Assembly: GCA_902778135.1 (NCBI GenBank)
Contig: CACYWP010000001.1
Coordinates: 212,104 to 276,103, forward strand
Reading direction: 5' to 3'
DNA: 64,000 nt
From: an uncultured Coriobacteriaceae bacterium
Lineage (GTDB): Bacteria; Actinomycetota; Coriobacteriia; Coriobacteriales; Atopobiaceae
Part shown: in pieces, positions 59,945 to 64,000 of the stretch
Position numbering within the stretch: the first letter of the stretch is position 1
Layout of the letters: every line of letters begins with the position of its first letter
Position numbers and translations under genes: made by a program
Notes under the pieces: generated by a model
Databases searched by the model: none
The model's input: only the letters and a program-made list of their open reading frames with translations
What the model was told of the DNA's origin: nothing

Positions 59945-60206
59945 CGTGCGTTGTACGTTGCTTGTCTGCACTACTGCGTTTCTATCGCCGAATAAAGGGA
60001 CTTGAGTACTTCGGTGCGTGGCGTATACATGGATGGGTATCTCAGCTGTTAGCAGAGATTTATGTCCTACCCCTTTGATACACTAAATCGGTATGTATCG
60101 CCGTGGTCATGCCTCAGCTAGGTACGCTGCGGCTCTTTCAAGCATGACTTCGACTTGTTCGTGAGGAACCTCATGATCGAGGAGCGGAGCCGGAAGGACT
60201 GAGCAT

Positions 60207-63200
60207 ATGGAGTTCCTATCTAACGAAGGTGTCGATGCTCTGGGAGACAAGCTTCGCTCAGTGTTATCAGAAGGCGATCGGCTGTCTATCATCTCGTCGT
60301 ACTTCACGGTGTTCGCATACGGCGAGCTGAAGGACGAGCTCTCGCAGGTCGACGAGCTCCGCTTCCTCTTCGATGAGCCCACGTTCGTGGAGCAGATGGC
60401 CGAGCTGAAGGAGCCGAAGGAGTTCACGCTCTCGAAGCGTGGACGTGAGCTCGGCATCGGCGGTACTGGCCTTGAGCTGACGCTTCGCAATAACCTGAAC
60501 CAGCGGGCTCTCGCCCACGAGTGCGCAGAGTGGGTTCGAGCTAAGGCGTCCTTCCGTTCCGCACGTTCGCGCGGTATTGTGCAGTCTGGCTCCGTCTACC
60601 ACCTTTCGCATGCTGACGGTTCAGCCGATGGCTTCCAGGGATTCAACCTCCCCTTCACGCTCGAAGGGTTGGGCTACGAACGCAAGGCCGGCGTCGTGGG
60701 CGGTTACGGCTCGTATTCGGGCGCTGCCGAGGCGCAGGGTCTGAAGGCGATGTTCGACGGCATCTGGGACAACCCCTCCATGGTGGCCGACGTGACCGAG
60801 CAGGTAGCCGAGCAGATCGGCACGCTCTACCGCGAGAACGCGCCTGAGTTCGTGTATTTCCTGACGCTTTACCACGTGTTCCGCGACTTCATGGCGGACA
60901 TGGAGGAGACCGACCCGATAAAGCCGGGGCTCTCATTCACCGACTCGGCCGTGTGGAACAAGCTCTACGACTTCCAGCGCGACGCCGTGGTGGGCGCCAT
61001 CCGCAAGCTCGAGCGGTACAAGGGATGCATCATCGCCGACTCGGTCGGCCTGGGAAAGACCTTCGAGGCGCTGGCCGTCATCAAGTACTACCAGGAGCGC
61101 AACGACCGCGTGCTGGTTCTCAGCCCGAAGCGCCTGCGCGAGAACTGGACGCTCTACACCGGCAACGACGGGCGCAACCCGCTCGTGGACGACCGGCTCA
61201 ACTTCGACGTGCTCAACCACACCGACCTTTCCCGCTACACGGGCTTCTCGGGCGACATCAACCTGGAGACGCTGCGCTGGGGCAACTACGACCTCATCGT
61301 CATCGACGAGAGCCACAACTTCCGAAACAAGCCGACCGACCGCACACAGCACAGCCGCTACGACCGCCTGATGGAAGACATCATCCGGGCAGGCGTGCGC
61401 ACCAAGGTGTTGATGCTGTCGGCGACGCCCGTGAACAACAAGCTCCTCGACCTGCGCAACCAGATCGAGATAATCACCGAGGGCGACGACGCCTACCTGG
61501 CCGAGACTGACGGCATCGGCTCAATCACGGCGGTGTGCCGCCTGGCACAGCAGCGGTTCGGGGAATGGAGCGAGCTCCCCGACGAGCTTCGCACGACCGA
61601 GCGGTTCGTGTCCATGGTGAACGCCGACTACTTCAAGCTGCTCGATATCCTGACCATCGCACGCAGCCGCAAGCACATCGCCAAGTACTACCGGGACGAG
61701 ACGGCCACCTTCCCGACGCGCCTCAAGCCGATATCGCTGCACCCGCGCTTCGACACGCAGGACGAGCTGCCGAGCATCGCCGATATGAACGACCTGATTG
61801 CATCGCTCTCCTTCGCGCAGTACCAGCTCCTCTCGTACGTGATGCCGGGCAAGCAGAAGAAGTACGCCGACCGCTACGCCGACACGTGGGGCAACGACTT
61901 CGAGAGCCAGGTTAACCGCACGCACGCTGTGGCGAATCTGATGCGCGTGAATCTGCTGAAGCGCATGGAAAGCTCCATCAACAGCTTCCGGATAACGCTC
62001 GAGCGCGTACTGGGTGGCGCTCGGTCGCTGCTCGACCAGCTGGACAACCTGAGCATGAACGCGGCATACGAGGCAGACGAGCTGGCCGAGGGCTTCGACG
62101 ACGATGATGACGCCGAGGAGTTCGAGGCGGGCGGCAAGGTGCGCGTGGATTTGCGCGACGTGGACGCCATCCGCGTGAGGCAGGAGCTGGAATACGACAT
62201 CCGTACGCTTGAGGAGCTTCTGTACTACGCCAACGAGGTGACGCCCGAGCGCGACGAGAAGCTGGCCGAGCTGAGGCGCTTCATCGACCGGAAGGTAGCG
62301 CACCCGTACAACCCCGGCAACCGCAAGCTGCTCATATTCAGCGCGTTCGCCGACACGGCCCGCTACCTCTACGAGCAGTTGAATCCGTACCTCAAGGAGC
62401 GGTACGGCATGCAGAGCGCCCTCGTGACGGGGGCCAAGGGAACGACCGCCACCATCAAGCTGAAGCGCATGACATTCGACGCCGTCCTGGGGCGATTCTC
62501 GCCCAAGAGCAAGGAGATATCGGAGCGCGAGCTGGCGCAGGGCGAGATTGACGTCGTGTTCGCGACCGACTGCATATCCGAGGGCCAGAACCTGCAGGAC
62601 TGCGACTGCCTGGTGAACTACGACATCCACTGGAACCCGGTGCGCATCATCCAGAGGTTCGGCCGCATCGACAGACTGGGCTCCGACAACAGCTGCGTGC
62701 AGCTGGTGAACTTCTGGCCCGACATCGAGCTCGACGAGTACATCCAGCTGGAGGGCCGCGTCAAGGGGCGCATGGTGCTGCTGGACACGTCGGCCACCGG
62801 CGAGGAGAACGTGCTGGAGGGCAAGGCGGCCGACGAGATGAACGACCTGAAGTACCGCCGCAGCCAGCTGGAGCAGCTGCAGCGCGAGGTCATGGACCTT
62901 GAGGACATCTCGGGCGGCATTTCCATCACAGACCTCGCTTACGACGACTTCCGCGTGGAGCTTGAGCGCTACGCCAAGGCGCACCCCGCTCTGTTAGAGA
63001 ACAGCCCGTGCGGCCTGCACGCCGTGGCGGAGATCCCCGACGCGCTCATAGACAGCGTTGAGCCGGGCGTGATCTTCTGCCTGAAGGCGAACGACGATGG
63101 CGCGAACCCGAAGGACGGGAACCCCACATGGCCATTCCACGTGGTCTACGTGACGGATGCCGGCGAGGTGCGCGGGACGCACACGAACCCGAAGGCCGCG

Positions 63201-63989
63201 CTCGACGTGATGCGAGCTGCCTGTGCGGGCGTCACCGAGCCCGTGATGGAGCTCTGCCGTCAGTTCAACAGCGAGACGCGCGACGGCACGCGCATGGGGG
63301 CATACACCGAGCTCCTTGACGCGGCGGTCAGCCAGATCAGCGGCGTCCAGGCCGACAAGGGCATGGAGTCTCTCTTCAGCTTGGGCGAGGTAGGGACGGG
63401 TACCACGCTCGCCTTCGACGACTACTCGCTCGTGAGCATGGTCGTCCTGCGCGGCAAGGGCCCGGGACATCATGAGGCAACGCAGGAAAAGCCCCAGCGA
63501 CGTGAAGCGCGTCCCCAAATCGGATACAAGGCGCTCGCGTTCCAGGAGCCCTGGGCCACGCTCATCGCCACGGGGGTGAAGACCAACGAGTATCGGAGTC
63601 GCAGGATCAACGTCCCCGTCCGAGACCTCGTCGTCTGCGCGAGCAAGACGGCAAGCGCGTTCGAGCCCTTGCCCGGCCTGACGTACGGCAAGGCAATAGG
63701 CCTGGTGGACGTCGTGTCGTGCGAGCCCGACGGTGACGGCGGCTGGGTATGGGGCCTGGAGAACCCGAGGCTCATCGAGCCGTTCGATGTGCATGCCTCT
63801 GCCAGCTTCTTCTACGTGCACGAGGGGCCGGTGACGCTGCCTACGACCGAAGGGGCGTACCGGGAGCGGGTCCTCCCGCACGCGCGAAAGGGCCACCAGG
63901 ATGACGTCGACGAGGTCGTGCGGGCGATGTTCGGCGACCACGAGGCGCTCTGGGACCTCCTCGGAGACGAGGGCGGGGACTGGCTATGA
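60207..63989 (+). CDS. SNF2-family ATPase (1260 aa) with ~270-aa N-terminal extension and C-terminal ASCH-like domain
   Basis: LYDFQRDAV, DSVGLGKT, VIDESHNFRN, LSATPVNN, and helicase C (SEGQNLQDCD, HWNP, QRFGRIDRLGS). The last ~110 aa read YKALAFQEPWATLIATGVKTNEYRSRR...GKAIGLVDVV. Confidence 0.85.
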   Translation: MEFLSNEGVDALGDKLRSVLSEGDRLSIISSYFTVFAYGELKDELSQVDELRFLFDEPTFVEQMAELKEPKEFTLSKRGRELGIGGTGLELTLRNNLNQRALAHECAEWVRAKASFRSARSRGIVQSGSVYHLSHADGSADGFQGFNLPFTLEGLGYERKAGVVGGYGSYSGAAEAQGLKAMFDGIWDNPSMVADVTEQVAEQIGTLYRENAPEFVYFLTLYHVFRDFMADMEETDPIKPGLSFTDSAVWNKLYDFQRDAVVGAIRKLERYKGCIIADSVGLGKTFEALAVIKYYQERNDRVLVLSPKRLRENWTLYTGNDGRNPLVDDRLNFDVLNHTDLSRYTGFSGDINLETLRWGNYDLIVIDESHNFRNKPTDRTQHSRYDRLMEDIIRAGVRTKVLMLSATPVNNKLLDLRNQIEIITEGDDAYLAETDGIGSITAVCRLAQQRFGEWSELPDELRTTERFVSMVNADYFKLLDILTIARSRKHIAKYYRDETATFPTRLKPISLHPRFDTQDELPSIADMNDLIASLSFAQYQLLSYVMPGKQKKYADRYADTWGNDFESQVNRTHAVANLMRVNLLKRMESSINSFRITLERVLGGARSLLDQLDNLSMNAAYEADELAEGFDDDDDAEEFEAGGKVRVDLRDVDAIRVRQELEYDIRTLEELLYYANEVTPERDEKLAELRRFIDRKVAHPYNPGNRKLLIFSAFADTARYLYEQLNPYLKERYGMQSALVTGAKGTTATIKLKRMTFDAVLGRFSPKSKEISERELAQGEIDVVFATDCISEGQNLQDCDCLVNYDIHWNPVRIIQRFGRIDRLGSDNSCVQLVNFWPDIELDEYIQLEGRVKGRMVLLDTSATGEENVLEGKAADEMNDLKYRRSQLEQLQREVMDLEDISGGISITDLAYDDFRVELERYAKAHPALLENSPCGLHAVAEIPDALIDSVEPGVIFCLKANDDGANPKDGNPTWPFHVVYVTDAGEVRGTHTNPKAALDVMRAACAGVTEPVMELCRQFNSETRDGTRMGAYTELLDAAVSQISGVQADKGMESLFSLGEVGTGTTLAFDDYSLVSMVVLRGKGPGHHEATQEKPQRREARPQIGYKALAFQEPWATLIATGVKTNEYRSRRINVPVRDLVVCASKTASAFEPLPGLTYGKAIGLVDVVSCEPDGDGGWVWGLENPRLIEPFDVHASASFFYVHEGPVTLPTTEGAYRERVLPHARKGHQDDVDEVVRAMFGDHEALWDLLGDEGGDWL

Positions 63990-64000
63990 GGTGGGACGAA
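63986..64000 (+). CDS. Start of a downstream gene overlapping the SNF2 stop (ATGA), truncated by the window end
   Basis: Only ATGAGGTGGGACGAA is visible. The call rests on the 4-nt overlap typical of coupled genes. Confidence 0.25.

Overview
This is a high-GC, Gram-positive or actinobacterial-type chromosome segment. LPXTG anchoring and gene content suggest Coriobacteriia-like Actinomycetota, but that is inference only. Positions 1-38.2 kb form a densely packed housekeeping block, almost entirely on the plus strand. It carries frr-uppS-cdsA-dxr-rseP-ispG-proS, scpA-scpB-rluB-cmk-plsC-ispH, DUF512-der-plsY-rpe, a cysteine desulfurase, coaBC-nfo, two ABC-F ATPases, a three-gene FAD-oxidoreductase/DUF1667 set and a GH1 6-phospho-beta-glucosidase. 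A tRNA-Ala/Met/Val cluster interrupts this block. It is followed by a ~1.1 kb repeat-rich insert holding two small double-glycine (Nif11-like) leader peptide genes. Positions 38.3-64 kb are a mosaic accessory region. It contains two truncated tyrosine-recombinase genes and a 1236-aa LPXTG-anchored S8 protease. It also has an ABC transporter operon divergent from another GG-leader peptide gene, and a second GH1 gene with a replaced 3' end plus an orphan GH1 3' fragment. A tRNA-Pro is followed by a 2.7 kb insert bounded by 75-bp direct repeats; this insert carries an AbiEi/AbiEii pair with a frameshifted toxin. Further along are a third Nif11-like peptide gene, a MarR unit, paralogous membrane proteins, and a lower-GC block. 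That block encodes a frameshifted MazG-like gene, a GIY-YIG-DUF2075 ATPase and a 1260-aa SNF2 ATPase with a C-terminal ASCH-like domain. The strongest candidates for something undescribed are the helicase/nuclease locus at 57.7-64 kb and the dispersed GG-leader peptide family, which has no maturation genes in view. Five reading-frame lesions, all in accessory genes, need read-level verification. All calls rest on reading the translations and the DNA by eye; no searches were run.
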